IMG/VR virus record: IMGVR_UViG_3300023184_000042
Span: 68,304 to 132,303 of that record
Direction: 5' to 3' (one strand)
Length of the DNA: 64,000 nucleotides
Origin: a virus
Below are positions 45,864-55,301 of this stretch, one piece after another. A program made the position numbers and the translations under genes. The notes beneath the pieces were generated by a model, which was given only the letters and a program-made list of their open reading frames with translations, was not told the DNA's origin and did no database searches. Position 1 is the first letter of the stretch, and each line of letters begins with the position of its first letter.

Positions 45864-46352
45864 ATGGCTGAATTATTAGACCCAACGGAAATCATGTTTA
45901 CTGCTTTTGAGCCAAAGGTAGCTAACCGTTTCATCATGTACATTGAAGGTATCCCTGCTTACCTAATAAAAGCATCAAATAGACCTGGAATCACTTTTGG
46001 AGACGTAGTATTAGATCATATCAACGTTGAGAGAAAATTAAAAGGTAAAGGAAGATGGAACGACGTTTCTATCACTCTTTATGATCCTGTAGTTCCTTCT
46101 GCATCTCAAGCAGTAATGGAATGGGTTCGTTTATCTCATGAGTCTGTAACAGGTAGAGATGGATATTCTGACTTTTACAAGAAAGACATTACTTTCAACG
46201 CGTTAGGACCAGTAGGTGATAAAGTTGAAGAATGGACGCTAAAAGGAGCTTATATTGGAGACGCTAACTTTGGTGACTTTGATTGGGCAACAGAAGACGC
46301 TATCAACATTGCATTGACTATCAAATACGATTACGCTATACTTCAATTCTAA
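45864..46352 (+). CDS. gp19: Tail tube protein (T4 gp19-like)
   Basis: EPKVANRF, WNDVSITLYD, YKKDI, VEEWTLKGAY and YDY; follows the sheath gene. Confidence 0.92.
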   Translation: MAELLDPTEIMFTAFEPKVANRFIMYIEGIPAYLIKASNRPGITFGDVVLDHINVERKLKGKGRWNDVSITLYDPVVPSASQAVMEWVRLSHESVTGRDGYSDFYKKDITFNALGPVGDKVEEWTLKGAYIGDANFGDFDWATEDAINIALTIKYDYAILQF

Positions 46353-46373
46353 TTAAAAATTTATTAAAAAAGA

Positions 46374-46405
46374 TTTGGTAGATTGAAAAATTATACTTAT
46401 CTTTA
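46374..46405 (+). promoter_or_regulatory. Bacteroidota-type promoter
   Basis: TTTG (46374-46377), 20-nt spacer, TATCTTTA (46398-46405). Confidence 0.6.
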
Positions 46406-46422
46406 TATATAGAAAATAAATT

Positions 46423-46647
46423 ATGACAAAGACATTATTAAAACAAATAATTAGAGAAGAAGTTCGTAAAGCATTAAATGAAGACCCTCAAACTTCAGTA
46501 ATGCGTTCACATCCTGGCATGGTTGAAGAAATTATTGAAATGCTTAAACACATTGATGTAGATGGAGAAACAATGGAATATATCCTAGACAAAGTGGGAA
46601 TGACCGAGCAAATGCAACATCAATTGACTCCAGGCGGAATTAGATAA
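46423..46647 (+). CDS. Small putative head-packaged protein
   Basis: MTKTLLKQIIREEVRKALNE leader. Confidence 0.6.
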   Translation: MTKTLLKQIIREEVRKALNEDPQTSVMRSHPGMVEEIIEMLKHIDVDGETMEYILDKVGMTEQMQHQLTPGGIR

Positions 46648-46667
46648 TAAAAAATATGAAATAAACT

Positions 46668-46694
46668 AAAGCCTCTAGAAATAGGGGCTTTTTT
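46668..46694 (+). terminator. Rho-independent terminator
   Basis: AAAGCCTCTA-GAAA-TAGGGGCTTT followed by a T run. Confidence 0.85.
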
Positions 46695-46702
46695 ACTGAT
46701 TA

Positions 46703-46711
46703 GATATTTAT
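46703..46711 (+). promoter_or_regulatory. Late promoter motif GATATTTAT
   Basis: 15 nt before ATG 46727. Confidence 0.65.
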
Positions 46712-46726
46712 ATTAAAATATAACTA

Positions 46727-47080
46727 ATGACACCAGATAAATTCAAACAACTTTTAAAGGAATTTGCTCCACAAAGACAACTTCAAGAAGCAGATGTAAT
46801 TCCTGTAGGGCCAGATGGTAATGAAATCACAGATAAAAGAGTCATAGCCAACTTGAACCTAGCAGTAAAGGCAGTAGATGCAAGTCTACGACCTAAGTTA
46901 GTGCAGATACTTCAAGATCCGGATGCAGCAAAAGCATTGAAAAATCCTGCACAAAGAGCAGCGTTGGTAGGGGCAATTGCAATTGCTTTTGGAATGACAG
47001 AGCAAGAATTTTCTCAAATAGTAGGAAAGATAAAAGGAATGTTAAAAACCACAACTGCTCCTGAAAATGATCAAGCTTAA
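46727..47080 (+). CDS. Putative head-packaged protein
   Basis: MTPDKFKQLLKEFAPQRQLQE leader. Confidence 0.55.
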   Translation: MTPDKFKQLLKEFAPQRQLQEADVIPVGPDGNEITDKRVIANLNLAVKAVDASLRPKLVQILQDPDAAKALKNPAQRAALVGAIAIAFGMTEQEFSQIVGKIKGMLKTTTAPENDQA

Positions 47081-47609
47081 ACCTATAGCAGAGCAAGTAC
47101 TCAATGAAGCTGAAGAAACTATTACGTGGGGAGAAGTTTCTAAATTACTAAATGCAATTAAAGGAAAGCAAAACAAAACTGAAGTTGCTGGAGTATTAAA
47201 AACAGCGGGTAAATGGGGTGCTTCACTTCTTCCTGGGTTATCAATTATATCTACAGTATTAGATACTTATGATAATATATCAGATATCAAAGACGTTGCT
47301 AAGTCATTATTGACAATTGGTAAAAATGTATCTAATAACGAAATGAAAAATCCTAAAGGTTCAGATTTTAAAAATTTAACAGGTCCATTTTGGGATGCAC
47401 TTAAATTATCTCCAGAGGTATCAACTTTACTAGATGATAAAGTAGAAGCTATGTTCATCAATCAAGTAATTATACCAGAGTTAGGAAAGCCAGGAAATGA
47501 AAATCAACCAATACCAAACATGGATATTGAATTAGGTAAATGGTTAAACAAATCAGGATTAGAAGACAAAGCTGAAATTCACTTTACAGGTAAATCAGGA
47601 AACCTTTAA
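47067..47609 (+). CDS. Putative head-packaged protein
   Basis: MIKLKPIAEQVLNE leader. Confidence 0.55.
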   Translation: MIKLKPIAEQVLNEAEETITWGEVSKLLNAIKGKQNKTEVAGVLKTAGKWGASLLPGLSIISTVLDTYDNISDIKDVAKSLLTIGKNVSNNEMKNPKGSDFKNLTGPFWDALKLSPEVSTLLDDKVEAMFINQVIIPELGKPGNENQPIPNMDIELGKWLNKSGLEDKAEIHFTGKSGNL

Positions 47610-47634
47610 AAATCCTAAATAAATTCAACAATTA

Positions 47635-47643
47635 CATATTTAT
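47635..47643 (+). promoter_or_regulatory. Late promoter motif CATATTTAT
   Basis: 23 nt before ATG 47667. Confidence 0.65.
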
Positions 47644-47666
47644 ATTAAATAAAACTTATATTAGTT

Positions 47667-48536
47667 ATGGCACAAGTTAATGACAACTACCCGAAGTCGA
47701 ATAACACTGAACTTACTGATGCTCAATTAAAAGATTTAGCATTATCAAATTTAGCTCGGCAAGAAGTAAAAGCTTCTAATTTTCCAACTGAAATAATTTC
47801 ATTGCCATCTAAAGGATTAGTATATCCTGAAGGTAATCCTTTGCGAGAAGGAACTATTGAAATGAAATACATGACAGCGCGAGAAGAAGATATTCTTACT
47901 TCACAAAATTTAATTAAACAAGGAATTGTATTAGATAAACTAATGCAGTCAATGATTGTATCTCCTATTAGATATGAAGATTTAGTAATAGGCGATAAAA
48001 ATGCAATAATGATATCTTCTCGTATTTTAGGATACGGAAAAGATTATCAAGTAGAAGTTGCATGTCCAAATTGCCAAGAAAAAAATAAAATTAATATTGA
48101 TTTAACTCAATTACCTGAAACTAATATTCCAGAAAATGCTGTAATGGTAGCTCCGGGAATATTTGAATTTATATTACCACAATCTAAACGAGTAATACAT
48201 TTTAGATTATTGACAACTGGAGATGATAAAAGAATTAGTAAAGAAATTGAGCTAGCTAAAAAAGCAAGTAAAAACAACCAAGGTATAGACAGAGAATTAA
48301 CAACTAGATTAAAAAATCTAATAGTATCTGTAGATGGAGATGCTGATAGCAGATTAGTTGCTAATTTTGTAGATAATGAATTATTTGCAATAGACTCTAG
48401 AGCTTTAAGAACTTATATTAGAGATATATCTCCAGACATTAAATTTGAACAATATTTCGCTTGTACCGAGTGCGACCACGAAGAGGAGGCGTTGGGATTC
48501 GGTATTGACACCAACTTTTTTTGGCCTAAGTCCTAA
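47667..48536 (+). CDS. Baseplate hub/tail assembly chaperone (T4 gp26-like)
   Basis: ISLPSKGLVY, MTAREEDIL, CPNC and CTEC; ends NFFWP; located between tube and tape measure genes. Confidence 0.75.
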   Translation: MAQVNDNYPKSNNTELTDAQLKDLALSNLARQEVKASNFPTEIISLPSKGLVYPEGNPLREGTIEMKYMTAREEDILTSQNLIKQGIVLDKLMQSMIVSPIRYEDLVIGDKNAIMISSRILGYGKDYQVEVACPNCQEKNKINIDLTQLPETNIPENAVMVAPGIFEFILPQSKRVIHFRLLTTGDDKRISKEIELAKKASKNNQGIDRELTTRLKNLIVSVDGDADSRLVANFVDNELFAIDSRALRTYIRDISPDIKFEQYFACTECDHEEEALGFGIDTNFFWPKS

Positions 48537-48741
48537 AGATAAACCAATATTACACGCTCAGTTATTCGATTTAGTATATCACGGAAAAGGATTTACTTGG
48601 ACGGAAATATATAATATGCCAGTATGGCTTCGAAAATTTTATTATAAAAAGACAGAAGAAGCTATTACAGCAGCAAACAAAGCTACTCCTACTAAAAAAA
48701 TTAATAAGCCTAGAATATCAAGACCGGGAATAGGACCTTAA
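48517..48741 (+). CDS. Probable frameshift-accessed extension of the chaperone (G-GT-like)
   Basis: +1 frame reads FFGLSPKDKP...GFTWTEIYNMPVWLRKFYY with no in-frame ATG before MPVW; overlaps the T7 run at 48516-48522. Confidence 0.65.
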   Translation, partial: FFGLSPKDKPILHAQLFDLVYHGKGFTWTEIYNMPVWLRKFYYKKTEEAITAANKATPTKKINKPRISRPGIGP

Positions 48742-48755
48742 TTGGTTCTATTTTC
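48728..48755 (+). terminator. Possible terminator hairpin
   Basis: GAATAGGACC-TTAATT-GGTTCTATTTTC. Confidence 0.45.
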
Positions 48756-48783
48756 ATGTTCGGTACCAACTAGTTATTAATTA

Positions 48784-48792
48784 GATATTTAT
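48784..48792 (+). promoter_or_regulatory. Late promoter motif GATATTTAT
   Basis: 18 nt before ATG 48811. Confidence 0.65.
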
Positions 48793-48810
48793 TATTAAAA
48801 TAGAATACTC

Positions 48811-49179
48811 ATGAAAATTTCGGAATTTAAAAACCTTATCAGAGAAGAAATTAACAATGTTGCTGGAAAGCAGCAATTGCGAGAAGGCGTAGTTGATAAA
48901 ATTATAGCTGCTATCATCGACAAAGTTGTTAAAGTAAAATATGGTAAATATTTTGATAGCCTGCATAAAGATCCTGAATATATAGAAGCTCTTAAAGGTG
49001 TTAAAACAGCTGCGGATAGAATTAACATGGCAGGAGAAAGAGCTGTAAAAGCAAAGATGCAATGGCAAAAAACATATGATGCATATGCTAAGCAATATGG
49101 AAGAAAGGCAGCTGACAGGATTGTATCTCAAGCTAAGGCAGGTACATATGACCCTTTTAAGATATCTTCTAAAAAATAA
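48811..49179 (+). CDS. Basic putative head-packaged protein
   Basis: MKISEFKNLIREEINNVAGKQQLRE leader. Confidence 0.6.
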   Translation: MKISEFKNLIREEINNVAGKQQLREGVVDKIIAAIIDKVVKVKYGKYFDSLHKDPEYIEALKGVKTAADRINMAGERAVKAKMQWQKTYDAYAKQYGRKAADRIVSQAKAGTYDPFKISSKK

Positions 49180-49187
49180 TTTAACTA

Positions 49188-52100
49188 ATGGCTAAACAAC
49201 AACCTAAATCTAGCGCTCCAAAAACGCCGCCTAAAGCTCCGCCTAAAGCACCGCCAAAGTCACCTCCAGGGTTGCCGAAACCGGATACTAAAGGATATAA
49301 AGACATTGCAGATTTTTCTAAAAAATTTCTAGAAGATCAAAAGCAACAAGCTATTAATTCAGCTGACTTAAATAAATTAGCAGAGGAATTAGCAGGATCA
49401 TGGGGAGATGTTTCAAATGCTATTAAAGCAGTTAGTAAATATTCAAGTAAATTAGGGGATGAATTTAGTGATGTCGAAGATCTAACTAAAACGTTAGTTA
49501 GGAATTTAGAAAATGTTGGCGGAGAGTTGTATGAACAGTTAAATGTTACTGATAAAATAAAAGAACTTCAAGAAAGTCAAAATAAAAAATTAGCTCAATA
49601 TAGCAAAATTAAAGCAGGTACCAACAAGGCACTCAAAGAAAATTTAAGTTCAGAACAAGAATTGTCTAATTTAATTGCTGAAAGAACTAAAGAACAAAAA
49701 GGGTTCGGAGTTTTTGAAGATGAGGCGTTTAAAAATTCAAAAAAGAAAATTGAAGACTCTATTGCATTAAACAACCAATTGATTGAAAATAATAAACTAG
49801 CATATGAAACTCTTCGTGCTGAACAATCAATAAATGCATCTAGAATTATATCACTTAAAGCTATAGAAGATATAGGCCAAGCTCTAGATGTAGCAAATAA
49901 AAAAGCAAAAGAGCAAGGAATAGATATTGAAGCGCTATCTAAAGATATCTCAGCTCCATTTGAAAAAGTTTTAGGATTTTTAGATTCAATGCCAGGAGGT
50001 GGCGTTCTTAAAAACTTCTTAGGAGTAGATAAAAAATTAGAAGGGGTTACGACTGCAATTACTCAATCATTTATTACTGGTTTAGCATCTACAGGTTCAG
50101 TTGGAACAGCCGCATTCGGAGCATTAAGTGCAGGAGCCAGTACATTTATGGCAACGCTAGGACCTTTATTAGTTCCATTATTAGCTATAGCAGCTGTAGT
50201 AGCAGGCTTAAAAAGAGGTTTGGAAATTGATCAAGAAGTTTCTGACTTTGGTAAAGCTATGGGAATGTCTCGTGAAGAAGCAGCTGGAGTTCATGAAGAA
50301 ATGGAATCTATTGCTATTGAAACTAAAGTAATAGGCGCTAACACAAAAGAATTATATGGTGCTTATCAAGAGCTAGCTAAATCAATAGGAGTGACTAAAT
50401 TAGCAAATGCTGATATGGCAGAATCTCAAGTTTTATTAAAAAACCAAATGGGAATGACAGCGGATGAAGCAAGTGAGTTTCAAAAACTTTCAATGATGAC
50501 AGGTAAAACATCAGAGCAAAATTTAGCAATTATTCAAGCAGGAGTTCAAGCTTCGACAGGAGGTTTAATGAATTATAAAGATGCTGCAAAAGATATTGCA
50601 GGATCTTCTAAAAAAATGCAAGCCGGATATCATAATGATATTAAGGCATTGACAAAAGCAGTAGTTCAAGCTAAAAAGTTAGGAATGACTTTGGATGAAA
50701 CTGGCGATATATCTAAAAATTTATTAGATATTGAATCTAGTTTAGAAAATGAAATGAAAGCAAATGTGCTGACAGGTAAACATATGAATATGAATACTGC
50801 TAGACAATTAGCACTTCAAGGAAAATCTGCAGAAGCCGCTGCTGAAGCGGTGAAACAAGCTGGAGATTATAATGACATTATTGCAATGGCTCCATATCAA
50901 TTGGAAGCAACGGCAGCAGCCGCTGGAATGACTGCAGACCAATTATTAAAGTCTGCAGAAACCTCAAAAATGTTTAATGACATAGCTGCTGAAACTGGAG
51001 TTCAATTAGATGAAAATGGTTCTTTAACTGACGAGCAATTGGAAAAAGCCGCGAGTTTAGGAAATGAAGCTGCAAAGAAATTAGTAACTGATAAACAATC
51101 AGCTTCTGCTCAAGAAAAATTAGCAGCGCTAGGAGATAAATTGCTAGCTTTATTTGACGAGCTTATGTCAGGTCCATTAGGTGAAATGATGAGTGTGTTA
51201 GGTGATATGGCAACAAAAGTATTTCCTGTATTAGGGTTTGCATTGGAAAATGCATTTGCTCCATTAAAATGGACTTGGAAATTATTATCTGCAATATGGG
51301 ATATAATTGGAGGTCCTTTAATGGAATCATTTGATGCAATAGGAGAAGCAATTGAAGAAATTAAAAAACCATTTACAGAGTTATTTTCAACATTTAGTAG
51401 TGGCGAAGGAGCTGGATTTATGAAAGTGTTAAAAGATATCGGTTCTATTATTATAGACAATATATTTATGCCTATAAAAATAACTTTAGGATTTATAACA
51501 GGCGCTATAAAAGCAATTGGTCAAGTAGTAAGTCATTTTATAGAAGATCAATTAGGCGGTCTAATGGATATCTTTGGAGGTATTAAAAAAATATTTTCCG
51601 GAGATATTATGGATGGATTAAAACAATTAGGAGGAGGAATTATGGATTTTTTACTAGCTCCCTTTAAAGCAGCTGGCAATTTAATTATAGGACTTTTAAA
51701 CGCTATTATATCCGGAGTAAACGCTATTTCAGTAAAAGTGCCAGATTGGGTACCTGGACTAGGTGGGCAGACTTTTGGATTTGACATTTCAGAAATTCCT
51801 TATTTAGCAAAAGGAGGTACTATTGGCAAAAGCGGAATGGCAGTTGTAGGTGAAAAAGGCCCTGAAATTGCATCGTTACCGGCAGGAGCTACAGTATCGT
51901 CAAATTCAGATTCAGGAGGAATTTTATCTAAATTAGGAGAAGCCGCAAATTCAATGACAGGAGGTGTTTCCGGAGGATTAGGCGAACTTACTAACTCGTT
52001 AATGAATGCATTGATGCCAGGTTCTGAGAGTGGAGGTTCAGCACCGGCGCAAGACAATTCGGAAATGGTTAGTATATTAAAACAAATATTAGCAGCTACT

Positions 52101-52214
52101 TCTCAGCCAGTGTCTGTTAATATAGGAGGTAAAGTAATTGATGAAATTGAAAAACAAACTACCTTAAGAAAAACATATAATACTAAAATGGATAGTGCTC
52201 ACGGAGCATTTTAA
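49188..52214 (+). CDS. Tape measure protein
   Basis: 1008 aa, helical and Ala/Gly-rich, hydrophobic repeats, LAKGG...VVGEKGPE motif; downstream of tube and chaperone genes. Confidence 0.88.
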   Translation: MAKQQPKSSAPKTPPKAPPKAPPKSPPGLPKPDTKGYKDIADFSKKFLEDQKQQAINSADLNKLAEELAGSWGDVSNAIKAVSKYSSKLGDEFSDVEDLTKTLVRNLENVGGELYEQLNVTDKIKELQESQNKKLAQYSKIKAGTNKALKENLSSEQELSNLIAERTKEQKGFGVFEDEAFKNSKKKIEDSIALNNQLIENNKLAYETLRAEQSINASRIISLKAIEDIGQALDVANKKAKEQGIDIEALSKDISAPFEKVLGFLDSMPGGGVLKNFLGVDKKLEGVTTAITQSFITGLASTGSVGTAAFGALSAGASTFMATLGPLLVPLLAIAAVVAGLKRGLEIDQEVSDFGKAMGMSREEAAGVHEEMESIAIETKVIGANTKELYGAYQELAKSIGVTKLANADMAESQVLLKNQMGMTADEASEFQKLSMMTGKTSEQNLAIIQAGVQASTGGLMNYKDAAKDIAGSSKKMQAGYHNDIKALTKAVVQAKKLGMTLDETGDISKNLLDIESSLENEMKANVLTGKHMNMNTARQLALQGKSAEAAAEAVKQAGDYNDIIAMAPYQLEATAAAAGMTADQLLKSAETSKMFNDIAAETGVQLDENGSLTDEQLEKAASLGNEAAKKLVTDKQSASAQEKLAALGDKLLALFDELMSGPLGEMMSVLGDMATKVFPVLGFALENAFAPLKWTWKLLSAIWDIIGGPLMESFDAIGEAIEEIKKPFTELFSTFSSGEGAGFMKVLKDIGSIIIDNIFMPIKITLGFITGAIKAIGQVVSHFIEDQLGGLMDIFGGIKKIFSGDIMDGLKQLGGGIMDFLLAPFKAAGNLIIGLLNAIISGVNAISVKVPDWVPGLGGQTFGFDISEIPYLAKGGTIGKSGMAVVGEKGPEIASLPAGATVSSNSDSGGILSKLGEAANSMTGGVSGGLGELTNSLMNALMPGSESGGSAPAQDNSEMVSILKQILAATSQPVSVNIGGKVIDEIEKQTTLRKTYNTKMDSAHGAF

Positions 52215-52224
52215 TATATAAAAT

Positions 52225-54969
52225 ATGGCATTAGTCGACTTAAAATCTAATTTAGCAAACTTTCGAGCAGATTTCTCTCATGAAAGTAAATTGAAATCAC
52301 CGGGAAATACGCCAGGTTCAATGCCTATAGATATTCAAAAGAAATCTCCTAATAACGTGCCTACTCAAAGATATATCAATGAGATAAAAGTAGATCCTGT
52401 TATTAAGCCAAAGATATCGACAGTAAACCCTATTAAGACTCAATTAAAAGATAAGGTATCTAATATTGTTACTATCACAACTTCAGTAAAAGATAAAAAA
52501 TCAACAATAGCTCCTTTACAAACAGTATTAAATGACAAGACTTCTCAAGTAGATCCTTTAAAGACTGAAGTAAAAATTAAAGCTTCACAAATTGCTCCTT
52601 TAAAGGCTTTGTTAAAAGATAAGATTTCTCAAGTAGCTCCTTTAAAAACTGAAGTAAAAGATAAAACTTCAAACATTGCTACTATTCAAACTTTGTTAAA
52701 AGATAAAAATTCAGCTATTACTACCACAAAAACTGAAGTAAAAGATAAGGAGTCTAAAATTGTAACTATTAATACTGTAATAAAAGCTAAAGAATCTTCT
52801 ATAAAAGCTTCAGCATTTAGTACTCCCGATATATCAAAACAGCATCATGAAGTTAAACCTAAATACAATAAAAATGTATTAGAGATTGGCACATATAAAA
52901 TAGATAATCAATTAGGATCAACAGGCTCGCCTTTTAAATATTTAAAAAGCGGAGCTTTAACAACAAAGAAATTTTCAGATAAAGGATATTCAGACAAAAG
53001 AAGATATGACGATTCAGTTAAGTCCGTAAAAGGGCAACCAGGTAAAAGTCTTTTATATGCAAAAGGAATGGAACAAAATTCTCCTTCTGCAATAGATGCT
53101 GAATACGCTAAATACAATTTGCAAGACGATTCATTCAACCCTACTTACATGAAACAACCTTTCATAGTAAGACCTATAGGAAAAAGATGGGGCTTTAAAA
53201 ACTCTCCAGGTGCATTTGATGATGGATTGATTAGAGGTGGTATGACAACTGCTATTGAACGTTCAGCATTAGATACTGCTAGAATTGCAAAATGGATGGC
53301 ATCTCCTAAAGGTTTATTATGGGTAGTTAAACAGATAGGTTTAGGATTAACCAATCCAAAAGTTGAAGCTATTGGAGGTGCATTAACAAGACAAACAAGA
53401 ATACATTCAGGATTAGCTTCTTTATTATCTGTGCCAACCACTGCATTTGGAATACATTTCACTCGCCATGGAGTACCGTTTTTAAACGCCACATCTAGCT
53501 ATGGAAATGTCATTGACTCATTAAGTTCCAAAGGCAATACTACTTACAGTCGTTTAATTAATTTAAAATCTGAATTATTTGCTAAAGATATACCAGGGAC
53601 TCCAACTCAAAGTAAATTCGTTACAGATTTAATTCAAAAAGTCGGGCCTCTTCGTAAAGCAATAGGATTTACTGGAATGCCAATTGTATCCTTATCAGGA
53701 TTAGCAGGTCCAGGCTCAGTATATGGTATAGGATTAACTACTATTAAAAGACATTATAACAGTAGAAATTTACCTAATGACAAAACTGAAGCTCCAGCAG
53801 AAAACAAAACTTCTTTTATTAATCCTAGCTCTTTAAGTAAACCTTACGCCTCGGATAAAATAGGGTTTTCGGGAACTGCTGAAAGTGGAGGTACTTACGA
53901 ATCGAAATTAAAAAATATTGGTGAGAGTAAGAACTTTGGTAAAACTCAAACACCAGGTGCAAGTTCTAATGGAATTAAACCTAGTATTGAAACTGCTGAT
54001 AATAGAAATTCGTCATACCCAGAGGCAAAAGCTTTTGGAATTAATAATTACGTAACGACTGCATATAACAAAATTAAAAAATCTTCAGACATTGCTGCAA
54101 TACCAAATGATTTTAGAAATGATTTAGAAATTACAAATCAAAAATTTTCTGGAAAGGCTGAAGATACTAAGTACTATGAAAAATATGATATCCAAAATAA
54201 AACATCGGGATATGGGTTAGGCACTCCTGGTAGGGTAGGAAAGGATAGATCAAAACCAAATACATTTATTAAAAAAGGAAATGATTTTTCATTTAAAACT
54301 GCTGATAATAGAAATATATTAACTTCAAATGCTGCATTTGAAGGAGATATGATTACCGGTTTGGATATAGGAGGGGGTGATGATTATCCAACTAATCACA
54401 AAGATTTTATAAAATTTTATTTTGAAGATGCTACTCAAGGTAAAAATATAATGGCATTTCGAGCAACACTTAATGGATTTACAGATTCATTTTCGCCGGG
54501 TTGGGATGCAATTGCTATTATGGGTCGTCCAGATAGTGCTTATTTATATTCATCTTTTGAACGAAGTGTTTCTTTTAATTTTACAGTAGCAGCAACTACT
54601 CGGTCTGAAATGATTCCTATGTGGAGAAAATTAAATTATTTATCTACATACACAATGCCTGATTTAGTAGGAGGTTCAAAACCTTCAGGTCCTATGATGC
54701 GATTTACAATAGGAGATTTATTTCATAGAACTGCTGGATTTATATCTTCATTATCATATACAATTCCGGATGATGCGACATGGGACATTGCTGAAGATTC
54801 AAAAGACCAAGTTGCAAAACAACTTCCTATGATGATGGAAGTATCGATGGCTTTAACAGTAATAGGTGATTATAGACCACAAAAAATGGGAAGAGCATAT
54901 AGTTTATCTCCAAAAGGAGGAGTAGCAGAAGGCCCAGGAAATTGGATTGGCGATGCTGATACAAAATAA
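52225..54969 (+). CDS. Baseplate/tail-tube initiator-like protein with an N-terminal repeat region
   Basis: C-terminal FRATLNGFTDSFSPGW...GRPD..YLYSSFERSVSFNF...PMMRFTIGD; follows the tape measure gene. Confidence 0.65.
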   Translation: MALVDLKSNLANFRADFSHESKLKSPGNTPGSMPIDIQKKSPNNVPTQRYINEIKVDPVIKPKISTVNPIKTQLKDKVSNIVTITTSVKDKKSTIAPLQTVLNDKTSQVDPLKTEVKIKASQIAPLKALLKDKISQVAPLKTEVKDKTSNIATIQTLLKDKNSAITTTKTEVKDKESKIVTINTVIKAKESSIKASAFSTPDISKQHHEVKPKYNKNVLEIGTYKIDNQLGSTGSPFKYLKSGALTTKKFSDKGYSDKRRYDDSVKSVKGQPGKSLLYAKGMEQNSPSAIDAEYAKYNLQDDSFNPTYMKQPFIVRPIGKRWGFKNSPGAFDDGLIRGGMTTAIERSALDTARIAKWMASPKGLLWVVKQIGLGLTNPKVEAIGGALTRQTRIHSGLASLLSVPTTAFGIHFTRHGVPFLNATSSYGNVIDSLSSKGNTTYSRLINLKSELFAKDIPGTPTQSKFVTDLIQKVGPLRKAIGFTGMPIVSLSGLAGPGSVYGIGLTTIKRHYNSRNLPNDKTEAPAENKTSFINPSSLSKPYASDKIGFSGTAESGGTYESKLKNIGESKNFGKTQTPGASSNGIKPSIETADNRNSSYPEAKAFGINNYVTTAYNKIKKSSDIAAIPNDFRNDLEITNQKFSGKAEDTKYYEKYDIQNKTSGYGLGTPGRVGKDRSKPNTFIKKGNDFSFKTADNRNILTSNAAFEGDMITGLDIGGGDDYPTNHKDFIKFYFEDATQGKNIMAFRATLNGFTDSFSPGWDAIAIMGRPDSAYLYSSFERSVSFNFTVAATTRSEMIPMWRKLNYLSTYTMPDLVGGSKPSGPMMRFTIGDLFHRTAGFISSLSYTIPDDATWDIAEDSKDQVAKQLPMMMEVSMALTVIGDYRPQKMGRAYSLSPKGGVAEGPGNWIGDADTK
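52405..52812 (+). repeat. About 10 tandem 42-nt (14-aa) coding repeats
   Basis: KDKxSxIxxxxTx(V/L) units, e.g. KDKISQVAPLKTEV and KDKTSNIATIQTLL. Confidence 0.85.
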
Positions 54970-54980
54970 ATTTAATTATT

Positions 54981-55301
54981 ATGGCAAGATACGACAATTA
55001 TTCATTTAAACAAAAAACAAAACTAGATGAAGACAATAAACGAAGATATTACGATTCGTTGCTAGATCCAACAATTCCATTAAGTTATTCAGACATTTAT
55101 GTTATAACTACAATTGGAGATAGATTAGATTCATTAGCATGGAAGTACTATGCTAACGCAGAATTTTGGTGGATGATAGCAGCTGCTAATCCTGATTTGC
55201 GAAAGGATTCCTTATATTTAGAACCTGGGATTCAATTAAGAATACCTCAAGACTATAATGAAGTGTTAATGTTATATAAAGATCAAAACCAATCTAGATA
55301 A
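54981..55301 (+). CDS. LysM-like baseplate wedge protein (gp53/gpX-like)
   Basis: GDRLDSLAWKYY....WWMIAAANP...PGIQLRIP. Confidence 0.85.
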   Translation: MARYDNYSFKQKTKLDEDNKRRYYDSLLDPTIPLSYSDIYVITTIGDRLDSLAWKYYANAEFWWMIAAANPDLRKDSLYLEPGIQLRIPQDYNEVLMLYKDQNQSR

